61,592 bases of DNA from a virus. Its lineage: Duplodnaviria > Caudoviricetes. The stretch covers positions 1 through 61,592 of the IMG/VR virus record IMGVR_UViG_3300044629_000651, one strand, 5' to 3'. Position 1 is the first letter of the stretch; every line of letters starts with the position of its first letter. A program made the translations under genes and the position numbers. The notes under the pieces were generated by a model. The model worked only from the letters and a program-made list of their open reading frames with translations, had not been told where the DNA came from and ran no database searches. Positions 27,326-35,391 of this stretch are shown piece by piece.

Positions 27326-29988
27326 TCGACAAGCTCTGTCTGGACTGGGAAACTTACTACGACAAGGAGTTCAGCCTGTCGAAGCTGACCACCGAGGAGT
27401 ATGTGCGGGACGCGCGATTCCAGATCATCGGTGTCGGGATCAAGTTCAACAATAATCCGGCGCGCTGGTTCACCGGAGCGAGCAACGTCAATGACGTGAT
27501 GCGGATGATCCCGTGGCACAAGGTGGCGCTGCTGTGCCACAACACCAACTTCGATGGGTTCATTCTCTCCGAGCATTTCGGCCTATCCCCCCGGTTGTAC
27601 CTCGACACACTGAGCATGGCCCGCCCGTGGCACTTCGCCACGGTGGGAGGTAGCCTCAAGAAGCTGGCCGAGCACTACGAACTGGGGGCCAAGGGGACGG
27701 AGGTGGTACAGGCCATGGGCAAGCGGCTGGAGGACTTCACGCCCGAGGAACTGGCGCAGTACGGGGAGTATTGCAAGAACGACTGCGAGCTTACCTCGGC
27801 CCTGTTCGACAAGCTGGCAGCGAAGACCCCGGTCAATGAGTTGCTGTTGATCGACCGCACGGTGCGGATGTTTTGCCAGCCCAAACTGGTCATCGACATG
27901 GCCCCGGTAGCGCAGCATCTGGAGGAGGAAATCGCCCGCAAGGAAGCGCTGCTGGTCGAGGTGGAAGCTATCGCCCCGAAGGAAGTCCTCATGTCCAACC
28001 CCAAGCTGCAGCAGTTGCTTGAGTCCTTGGGCGTGGATGTGCCGATGAAGATCACCCCCACCGGCAGGCTCTCCCCGGCGTTCGGCAAGACGGACAAGGA
28101 ATTCACCGCGCTGCTGGACTACGAGGGGCACAACGCCGAATTGGTGCAGGCTATCATCGCTGCCCGGCTGGGTGTCAAGAGCACCATCGACGAGACACGT
28201 GCACAGCGGTTCATCGGCATCGCCCAGCGCGGCCCCCTCCCGGTTGATCTGCAGTACTGTGGGGCAGCGACGACGCAACGGTGGAGCGGTGGCAGCAAGC
28301 TGAACCTGCAGAACCTGCGCCGTGGCGGTGTGCTGCGCCGTGCATTGATGGCCCCGGAAGGGCAGGTGGTCGTGGCTGTCGACTCCAGCAACATCGAACT
28401 GCGGGTGAATCACACGCTGGCAGGGCAGGACGATACGGTGGCGATGTTCCGCGAGGGGCGTGACCTGTACTGCGAGTTCGCTTCCATCCTGTTCGACCGC
28501 CCCATCACCAAGGCTGACAAGTCCGAGCGGCAACTAGGCAAGCTGGCACACCTGAGTCTGGGGTACGGTTGCGGAGCGGACAAGTTCCTTGAGATATGCC
28601 GGCTCAACGGCGTGACCCTGACCCCCGGAGAGGCGAAGAAGATCGTCACCCTATGGCGAGACACCTACGCCCGCATTCCAAAGCTGTGGCGGGCCTGCAA
28701 TGCAGCGCTATCGCATATCCTGTCCGGCGCAGAGACGTGGATCGACGAGCAGCAACTGTGCCGCACAGGCAAAGAGTGCATCACGACCAAGCCCCACAAC
28801 CAGATTCTGTACCCGGGGTTGAACCAGCAGGGGGACAAGTGGACGTATAAGGTGCGTAACGAAACCAAGTACATCTACGGGGCCAAGGTGGTTGAGAATG
28901 TGTGCATCGAGGGCAGCACGCTAGTGCTTACCGAATATGGCTGGAAGCCACTGAACACCGTGGGAACCGAGTGGGTGCATGACGGCGTTGAGTTTGTACC
29001 GCACGGGGGAATAGTGTTTAACGGAATCCAACAATGTGTTACAGTGGACTCTGTTTTTATGACCCCGACCCACGAGGTGCTTACTGATGAAGGATGGAAG
29101 CCTGCACTGGAAAAACCGGAACCTTACCGGCCAATCATTCGGAATGCTCACTGCGATACAACCGAGCCACTCGGACGGGAAAAAAATGCACTGGCTTTTC
29201 AAGTGTACCTGCGGCAACGTGCTGACCAAGAGCGGGTATGCGGTAACCCGGGAAGTGAAGCGCGGGGGGGCACCGAACTGCGGATGCGCAACGAGGAAGC
29301 TGATCGGCGCGAAGAACACGACGCACGGAATGAGCCGCCACCCGGCCTACGCTGTGTGGCGCAGTATGTGCGACAGGTGCAGACTGCCTACGCATCAAGC
29401 ATGGAAAAACTACGGAGCGCGTGGGATAGTGGTTTGCGCCGAATGGGAGGCATCCTTCGAGAACTTCTGGCGCGACATGGGGGCAACGTACCGTCGTGGG
29501 CTTACGCTAGATCGGTTGGACAACAACGGCGACTACGATATGCAGAACTGTGCGTGGAGAACTCACAAACAACAAGCACAGAATACTCGTCGCTACACCG
29601 GAGTGGATATGTTTGCTTTGTCGGAGCAGACGGGGGTGCCTCGGTCGACGCTGTACTACCGGTGGAAACGGGGGCTTCCGCTCATAAAGTCTACGACATT
29701 GTGAATTGCGGCCCCCGGAATCGGTTCGTTGTGCTCGGCGAAGAAGGCCCGTTCATCGTGCATAACTGCCAGCATCTGGCGAGGAACATCATCGCGGATC
29801 AGTTGCTGGCCATCTCCGCCAAGTACCCCGTGGTCCTGACGGTGCATGATGAGGTCGTGTATCTGGCCCCGGAAGCAGAGGCCGACGAAGCCTTGGCCTT
29901 CGGTATCGCTGCAATGAGTACCTCCCCCACATGGTGGCCGGCAATCCCGCTCGCTGCCGAGGGGGAATACGGAAGGACGTATTCGTGA
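27322..29988 (+). CDS. polA: Family A DNA polymerase with 3'-5' exonuclease, intein-containing precursor (888 aa; 600 aa after splicing)
   Basis: Exo motifs DWET, HN..FD, YC.ND; pol motif A DSSNIELR, motif B RQLGKLAHLSLGYG, motif C VHDE. Confidence 0.92.
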   Translation: MIDKLCLDWETYYDKEFSLSKLTTEEYVRDARFQIIGVGIKFNNNPARWFTGASNVNDVMRMIPWHKVALLCHNTNFDGFILSEHFGLSPRLYLDTLSMARPWHFATVGGSLKKLAEHYELGAKGTEVVQAMGKRLEDFTPEELAQYGEYCKNDCELTSALFDKLAAKTPVNELLLIDRTVRMFCQPKLVIDMAPVAQHLEEEIARKEALLVEVEAIAPKEVLMSNPKLQQLLESLGVDVPMKITPTGRLSPAFGKTDKEFTALLDYEGHNAELVQAIIAARLGVKSTIDETRAQRFIGIAQRGPLPVDLQYCGAATTQRWSGGSKLNLQNLRRGGVLRRALMAPEGQVVVAVDSSNIELRVNHTLAGQDDTVAMFREGRDLYCEFASILFDRPITKADKSERQLGKLAHLSLGYGCGADKFLEICRLNGVTLTPGEAKKIVTLWRDTYARIPKLWRACNAALSHILSGAETWIDEQQLCRTGKECITTKPHNQILYPGLNQQGDKWTYKVRNETKYIYGAKVVENVCIEGSTLVLTEYGWKPLNTVGTEWVHDGVEFVPHGGIVFNGIQQCVTVDSVFMTPTHEVLTDEGWKPALEKPEPYRPIIRNAHCDTTEPLGREKNALAFQVYLRQRADQERVCGNPGSEARGGTELRMRNEEADRREEHDARNEPPPGLRCVAQYVRQVQTAYASSMEKLRSAWDSGLRRMGGILRELLARHGGNVPSWAYARSVGQQRRLRYAELCVENSQTTSTEYSSLHRSGYVCFVGADGGASVDAVLPVETGASAHKVYDIVNCGPRNRFVVLGEEGPFIVHNCQHLARNIIADQLLAISAKYPVVLTVHDEVVYLAPEAEADEALAFGIAAMSTSPTWWPAIPLAAEGEYGRTYS
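28903..29766 (+). mobile_element. Intein (288 aa) in DNA polymerase
   Basis: Block A CIEGSTLVLT, block B TPTHEV, block F VYDIV, block G IVHN followed by +1 Cys; the exteins rejoin as KVVENV|CQHLAR. Confidence 0.92.
29087..29704 (+). CDS. HNH homing endonuclease overprinted in the +1 frame inside the intein
   Basis: LTGQ.FG.LT, W.FKC.CG, THG.S, W..M..RC, YG.RGI.VC..W, LDR.DNNG.Y...NC.W....Q..N, C-terminal HTH-like tail; GAGGTG SD 7 nt upstream. Confidence 0.9.
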   Translation: MKDGSLHWKNRNLTGQSFGMLTAIQPSHSDGKKMHWLFKCTCGNVLTKSGYAVTREVKRGGAPNCGCATRKLIGAKNTTHGMSRHPAYAVWRSMCDRCRLPTHQAWKNYGARGIVVCAEWEASFENFWRDMGATYRRGLTLDRLDNNGDYDMQNCAWRTHKQQAQNTRRYTGVDMFALSEQTGVPRSTLYYRWKRGLPLIKSTTL

Positions 29989-30638
29989 AACTCTCTTTCT
30001 CCCACACTTCGCTGAAGGACTTCAACAACTGCCCCTTGTCTTTCTACCACAAGCGGATTCTCAAGGACGTGGTGTTCGTTCAAGGCCCGGAGGCGAAGTG
30101 GGGAGAGGAGGTTCACAAGCATTTCGAGGACCGAGTCAAGCTGGGTACTCCCCTGCCCTTCACGCTGGAAGCCTACGAGCAGGTGCTGGCCAAGTTCGAT
30201 GGGCTGAAGCACGAGTGCGAGTTGCAGATGGCGCTCAACGACAAGCTGGAACCGACCGAGTGGTTCGCCGACGATGCATGGGTACGTGGCATTGCCGACA
30301 TCATGGTGTGGCTGACACCGAAGAAGGTGTGGATCGGTGACTACAAGACCGGCAAGCGCCGCCCCGACTTCGACCAGCTTGAACTGTTCTCCCTGCTCAC
30401 GTTCCAGCACTGCCCCGAGGTGGAGGAATGCACGACCTCCTTCATCTGGACGAAGGACAAGGCGATGGACACGGAGACGTTCCACCGCAAGGACGCCAAC
30501 AAGATGTGGGAGCGGGTGATGAGCAGGATTCGCAGGGTGTATGCAGCACAAGAGAAGGACAACTGGCCCGCCAAGCCAAGCGGCTTGTGCGGATGGTGCG
30601 ACGTGAAGAAACAGAAGGGGTGTGTTTATGCCAGATAA
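29985..30638 (+). CDS. PD-(D/E)XK (Cas4/RecB-like) exonuclease
   Basis: S.TSL..F..CP, G..VH, GIAD, DYKTGK, QL, C.WC...C. Confidence 0.88.
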   Translation: MKLSFSHTSLKDFNNCPLSFYHKRILKDVVFVQGPEAKWGEEVHKHFEDRVKLGTPLPFTLEAYEQVLAKFDGLKHECELQMALNDKLEPTEWFADDAWVRGIADIMVWLTPKKVWIGDYKTGKRRPDFDQLELFSLLTFQHCPEVEECTTSFIWTKDKAMDTETFHRKDANKMWERVMSRIRRVYAAQEKDNWPAKPSGLCGWCDVKKQKGCVYAR

Positions 30639-31224
30639 GGAGAAGAAGCTATACAAGAACACTGTCGACATAACAGGGATGGTCTTTGGGCAGTTGACTG
30701 TGGTGCAACGAACACCAAGACGGCAGAATAACCACATACTTTGGGAGTGTTTGTGTGTCTGCGGAAAAACGGTATATGGCAGGAGCCATAAATTGCGGGC
30801 AGGAGACATTCTGTCTTGCGGCTGTAGTTCGCGGAGTGCGTTGAGTCGGCAGAATTACGCATCCATGACCCCTGCGGAAAAGGCGGAACGTCGTCGTGTT
30901 AAAGCGAACGAAACTGCAGCGCGCTGGAGACAGGCAAACCCCGACAAGGTTAAGGTCGTACAGAGGGAGCGGTATCAACGGACGAAAACGTACCAGCAAG
31001 AACGCGCTGCTTTGCACCGAGCGCAAGATCGAGATGGGTGGCGGGCGTACTCCCGAAAGATTATGAATGCGCGGTGTGCAGTAGCGGCTGATAGCTATAT
31101 AAAACAGCGGTTGCGCAGCGAAAATACACCGCCAACACCCGAAATTATTGCCGCAAAACGAGAGCATTTGCTCACTACGCGTCTTATAAAGGAGATTCGA
31201 AATGAATGCAAAATCAGAAGTTAA
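30628..31224 (+). CDS. Protein with a homing-endonuclease-type N-terminal Zn domain but no HNH core
   Basis: DITG..FG.LTV, WEC.C.CG, SCGC then basic helical region ending YIKQRL...PEII.AKR. Confidence 0.7.
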   Translation: MPDKEKKLYKNTVDITGMVFGQLTVVQRTPRRQNNHILWECLCVCGKTVYGRSHKLRAGDILSCGCSSRSALSRQNYASMTPAEKAERRRVKANETAARWRQANPDKVKVVQRERYQRTKTYQQERAALHRAQDRDGWRAYSRKIMNARCAVAADSYIKQRLRSENTPPTPEIIAAKREHLLTTRLIKEIRNECKIRS

Positions 31225-31459
31225 AACGTCAGCAATCCAAACTACCGGCGACCTGCGGCAGTTCCTTGCCGACATGCTGCTCGGGATAAAAAATGGTGAC
31301 CTTGCTATCGACAAAGCAAGCCAGATCACGAAGATGGCGGGGCAGATCAATGAGTCGTTCTACTCCGAAGTTAAAGTGTGGCGAGTGCGCAAAGAAGCGG
31401 GCGACACTGATACCAAGCTGGGCGAACTACCGCTGAAACAAAATGCCGCTAACCCCTGA
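31202..31459 (+). CDS. Small hypothetical protein paired with the 30628 ORF
   Basis: AAGGAG RBS; LR..L.....IKNG......A..I...AGQI..S. Confidence 0.7.
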   Translation: MNAKSEVKTSAIQTTGDLRQFLADMLLGIKNGDLAIDKASQITKMAGQINESFYSEVKVWRVRKEAGDTDTKLGELPLKQNAANP

Positions 31460-31763
31460 AGGCCGTGTCAAGAAAGCGGTGAAGGCCATGCTCACCGACA
31501 GGAAAATCTGGTTCTTCATGCCGCAAGCAGGCGCGTTTGGTGTATCCGGAGTGCCAGATTTTATTTGCTGTTTGCCGGCGTTCAATGGTAAACTTCTAGG
31601 CATCGAGACGAAAGCGCCGGGTAAGCGGGCGAACACCACTGCACTGCAGGACAGACAGATCGCTGCCATTCGTGCAGCCCGGGGCTGGGCCATCATCATT
31701 GATGACGCGGCACAACTGGAGGAATTTTTAGATGCCCACTGCGAAAAATGTTACAGGGGTTAG
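31443..31763 (+). CDS. VRR-NUC domain endonuclease / resolvase
   Basis: TPEGRVK, GVPD, GIETKAPG, T.LQ. Confidence 0.88.
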   Translation: MPLTPEGRVKKAVKAMLTDRKIWFFMPQAGAFGVSGVPDFICCLPAFNGKLLGIETKAPGKRANTTALQDRQIAAIRAARGWAIIIDDAAQLEEFLDAHCEKCYRG

Positions 31764-32313
31764 GTTTGGTAGGTTAGTCGGTGTCCGCCCGACACATGAG
31801 CGTTGTAATGGGAGTGTTGTGTGGGAGTGCCGTTGCGATTGCGGACGAACCGCGTTTGTCGCTGCAAACCAACTTGGCAGCGGTAACACCAAGTCGTGCG
31901 GGTGTTGGGGGATTGAATCCCGTTCTGTGTTGAACACAACCCACGGCAAATCAAAGGCACCGATTTACCCGCTATGGCAAGGGATGCTTGATCGGTGCAA
32001 TAACCCCAGTAACTCACGCTACGCCCGGTATGGAGGACGAGGCATCGCCGTTTGCGATGAGTGGCTTGACTTCGCTAAGTTCTACGCTGATATGGGGGAT
32101 TGCCCCCCGGGGAAAAGCCTAGACCGCAAGGACAATAATCACGGGTATAGCAAAGATAATTGTCGATGGGCTACGGCCAAAGAGCAAGCGTCCAACACAT
32201 CAAGAACGCGGCGCATCACGATCAATGGCCGCACAGATACTATGGCTAACTGGAAACGCGAACTGCATAAAGGGCATTACACAATACTAAAAATGGCAGA
32301 TGCAAAATGCTGA
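31732..32313 (+). CDS. Free-standing HNH homing endonuclease
   Basis: FGRLV, WECRCDCG, KSCGC, THG, YGGRGI.VC.EW, SLDRKDNN.GYS..NCRWAT..EQ..N. Confidence 0.9.
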   Translation: MPTAKNVTGVRFGRLVGVRPTHERCNGSVVWECRCDCGRTAFVAANQLGSGNTKSCGCWGIESRSVLNTTHGKSKAPIYPLWQGMLDRCNNPSNSRYARYGGRGIAVCDEWLDFAKFYADMGDCPPGKSLDRKDNNHGYSKDNCRWATAKEQASNTSRTRRITINGRTDTMANWKRELHKGHYTILKMADAKC

Positions 32314-33860
32314 TAATTCCACAGCATCAAGCGATAGTCCTCAAGGCGAACAAGCCTGAACAGATTTACGCTTGCATCCCGCAGGCTAAACCGTTCAACT
32401 ACCAAGGAACCCCGCTGGTTTATGTGCCGCACAACATAGACGCCGTCCGCATACTCCGGAACATCGGAGCGAAGGCACCGGGGCCGATCAACTATTACTA
32501 CGACTACCCCCCATCCGAGGGCAAGGACAAGCCGTTCGCACACCAGAAGGTCACCTCGGAATTCCTGACGCTTAACCCGCGCTGTGCTGTACTCAACGCA
32601 CCGCGTACCGGCAAGACGAACTCGTGCTTGTGGGCGGCAGACTATCTGATGACCGAGAAGCGGATACGCAAGGTGCTCATCGTGTCCCCGCTGAGTACCC
32701 TTGAGCGGGTGTGGGGGGATGCAGTGTTCCTCACGTTCTACCACCGCAAGGCGCTGGTGCTGTACGGTTCGGCAGAGCGGCGCAAGAAACTGCTGAAGCA
32801 AGATGCCGACTTCTACATCATCAACCACGACGGGTTCGGCATCATCAAGGACTGCCTGCCGGATGACATCGACCTTGTGATCTACGACGAGGCAGCGGTG
32901 CTGCGGAACCCAAGCACCCGGCGCTTCAAGCAGTTCCACACGTTCATGGGAACCCGCCCTGCCATGCTGCTGTGGCTGCTGACGGGGACGCCGACACCGA
33001 ACGAACCGACCGATGCATGGGCGCTGTGCAAGCTGTTGGGGCAGGGGGTTCCCCGCTATGCCCTGTTCCGCGAGCAGGTCATGCAGAAGGTGGGGCAGTG
33101 GTCGTGGCAACCTCGCCCGGAGGCGGAGTTGATTGTGCAGCAGGTACTCCAGCCGAGCATCAGGTTCTCACGGGACGACTGCTTCGACTTGCCCGACACG
33201 ATCTACGAAACCCGGCAGTGCGAGCTACACCCCGAGCAGGTCAAGCTGTACAAGAAGATGGTCAAGGAACTGGTGGTCGAGGTTGGCTCGCAGCAGATCA
33301 CCGCTGTCAATGAAGCGAACAAGGTGCAGAAGCTGTTGCAAATCCTGCTGGGTGTGGTGTATGACACGGCAGGTGAGCGGGCCTTCATCGACTGCGAACC
33401 ACGCATCGCCGTGATCCGGGAAATCATCGAGGAGTGCAACGAGAAAGTGATCGTGTTCGTGCCATTCACCGGAGCGTTGGAGGACATAGCCGACAAACTG
33501 GCGAAGGACTTCAAGGTAGCGGTCGTCAATGGCAGCGTACCCAAGCACGCCCGTGACACAATCTTCCAGCAGTTCGCTCGCCCTGACGGGATACGGGTTC
33601 TGGTTGCCGATGCCCGCACCATGTCTCACGGGCTGGACTTGTCCTCGGCAACGACGATCATCTGGGCCGCACCAACCAACAGCAACGAAACATACGAGCA
33701 AGCCAATGCTCGCATCATGGGGCCGAGGCAGAAGCACAAGACTGCCATCGTGCATATCGAAGCAACTGCTATAGAAAGGAAAATCTACCAACGACTGAAG
33801 GACAAGCAATCCCTGCAAGGACTGCTCTTAGACGTGATCCAACAACAGGAGGTCATATGA
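32307..33860 (+). CDS. SNF2/DEAD-like SF2 helicase
   Basis: GKT, IIN.DG, DEA, LTGTP.PN, HGL.L..A, Y.QA.ARI. Confidence 0.88.
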   Translation: MLIIPQHQAIVLKANKPEQIYACIPQAKPFNYQGTPLVYVPHNIDAVRILRNIGAKAPGPINYYYDYPPSEGKDKPFAHQKVTSEFLTLNPRCAVLNAPRTGKTNSCLWAADYLMTEKRIRKVLIVSPLSTLERVWGDAVFLTFYHRKALVLYGSAERRKKLLKQDADFYIINHDGFGIIKDCLPDDIDLVIYDEAAVLRNPSTRRFKQFHTFMGTRPAMLLWLLTGTPTPNEPTDAWALCKLLGQGVPRYALFREQVMQKVGQWSWQPRPEAELIVQQVLQPSIRFSRDDCFDLPDTIYETRQCELHPEQVKLYKKMVKELVVEVGSQQITAVNEANKVQKLLQILLGVVYDTAGERAFIDCEPRIAVIREIIEECNEKVIVFVPFTGALEDIADKLAKDFKVAVVNGSVPKHARDTIFQQFARPDGIRVLVADARTMSHGLDLSSATTIIWAAPTNSNETYEQANARIMGPRQKHKTAIVHIEATAIERKIYQRLKDKQSLQGLLLDVIQQQEVI

Positions 33861-34258
33861 CCACAGCATTAAGCAAGGACGGACTGGCAGCGGCATACGT
33901 TGCCGCCCGTGACCGTGTCGCTGTACGGGACGCCGAGACTAAAGAGGCGAACCATGCGGACAAGGAACTCATGGGCAAGATCGAAACGTATTTCAAGGGG
34001 GTTGCCGCCGTCGAAGGCGTCGACTCTTGGAAGACAGCGCACGGCACGATCTACTTGTCGCGGATTGACAGCGTGAAGCTGGCCGATCCGGACTCGTATT
34101 TCGAGTACGTCGTTGATAACGAGGCGTGGGATTTGATCGAGAAGCGGGCATCCAAGTCAGGTGTCCGTGGCTTCCTCGAAGCGCACGGCTCGATGCCGCC
34201 GGGGGCAGAGCTTTCCACCCGGATCGAAGTGAACATCCGCAGACCATCAGCTACTTAA
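33857..34258 (+). CDS. Conserved replication-module hypothetical protein
   Basis: 133 aa; KT.HGT and PPG motifs; precedes the SSB-like gene. Confidence 0.7.
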   Translation: MTTALSKDGLAAAYVAARDRVAVRDAETKEANHADKELMGKIETYFKGVAAVEGVDSWKTAHGTIYLSRIDSVKLADPDSYFEYVVDNEAWDLIEKRASKSGVRGFLEAHGSMPPGAELSTRIEVNIRRPSAT

Positions 34259-34271
34259 CCACGAGGCTATT

Positions 34272-35243
34272 ATGCAAACCAATCTTCCCATGATTCAAAA
34301 CGCGCAACTCCCCGCTCACCTTGCCGCCGCCATTGCCAACAAGCAGATGGCCGTCAGTGCCGATGCTCTCGTCGGCGCAACGACTTCAGGTGCCGTCCGT
34401 CTGGTCGCCAACCAAGGGCGCTTCCGCATCAAGGAAGGCAACGTCGAGACTGTCCTGCCGGACCTGTATCTGGACACCATCATCGTCGGAGCGCTCCCCG
34501 GCATCACCAAGTCCTACTACGCCACGGGGTACAACCCCTCGGATGACAAGGCGAACAAGCAGCCCGACTGCGGCTCGCTGTTCGGCGACGTGCCCGATGC
34601 TAACAGCCCTGCAAAGCAATGCACCACCTGCGCGGCCTGCCCGCAGAACGCTTGGGGTTCCAAGATCGCCAACGGCAAGGAGATCAAGGCGTGTTCGGAT
34701 TACCGCCGTGTCGCCGTCATCGCTGCTGATGACCCGGAGACGATCTACCAAGCCAACATTCCGCCGGCCAGCATCAAGGGCTGGACGAAGTACGTCAAGA
34801 CGCTGTCGCAGCGTGGGCTGGATGTCAGCATGGTGATCACCCGTCTGTCCCTGCAGGAGCACATGTGGGTGTTCGATTTCGCCGGCTTCGCCAGCACCGA
34901 GCAGTACGGGGCAGTGCAGCCGCTGCTGGGTTCCTCACAAGTGCAGGACGTACTCGGCACGTTGGGACGTACCCCCGGGCAAGCCGCTCTCCCCGCTCCT
35001 GCCGCTGCCGACATGATGCGCAACGTCGCTCCTCCCCTGCCCGCCGCTGCCGCTGCTCCGGCTCCCGCCCCCACCCCCGCTGCCCCGCCTGCACCTCCGA
35101 CCAAGGGCTTCGGTAAGAAGGGCGCTGCGGCTCCTGCTGCACCCCCTGCCGCTGCTGCTCCGGCTCCCGCCGTGGTGGCTACCGGGCTGGAGAATCTGGC
35201 TGCGGAACTGGGTGCGCTGATCAGCGGCAACGCTGATGTGTAA
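34272..35243 (+). CDS. Putative ssDNA-binding/annealing protein
   Basis: PDC.S, C..CP.N.WGS, KAC...RR.AV; A/P-rich tail; between helicase and primase. Confidence 0.6.
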   Translation: MQTNLPMIQNAQLPAHLAAAIANKQMAVSADALVGATTSGAVRLVANQGRFRIKEGNVETVLPDLYLDTIIVGALPGITKSYYATGYNPSDDKANKQPDCGSLFGDVPDANSPAKQCTTCAACPQNAWGSKIANGKEIKACSDYRRVAVIAADDPETIYQANIPPASIKGWTKYVKTLSQRGLDVSMVITRLSLQEHMWVFDFAGFASTEQYGAVQPLLGSSQVQDVLGTLGRTPGQAALPAPAAADMMRNVAPPLPAAAAAPAPAPTPAAPPAPPTKGFGKKGAAAPAAPPAAAAPAPAVVATGLENLAAELGALISGNADV

Positions 35244-35391
35244 AAAAGTCTGATGTTGATTGGGACGCCTTGGTATTCCTTGGCGTCCCTTGAGACACTG
35301 CATATCAGCGGCTCCTTATTTGGGGGGCTTGTAATCCAAAAAGGGGAGGGGGACAATACCCCTTCCCCCTTATAACCGTGAAGGAACCGAC

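Noticed and set aside
32307-33860. Helicase inactivated (DEAA, QANARIMG)
   Set aside because: Walker A/B and motif III are intact; such variants cannot be called inactive without an alignment.
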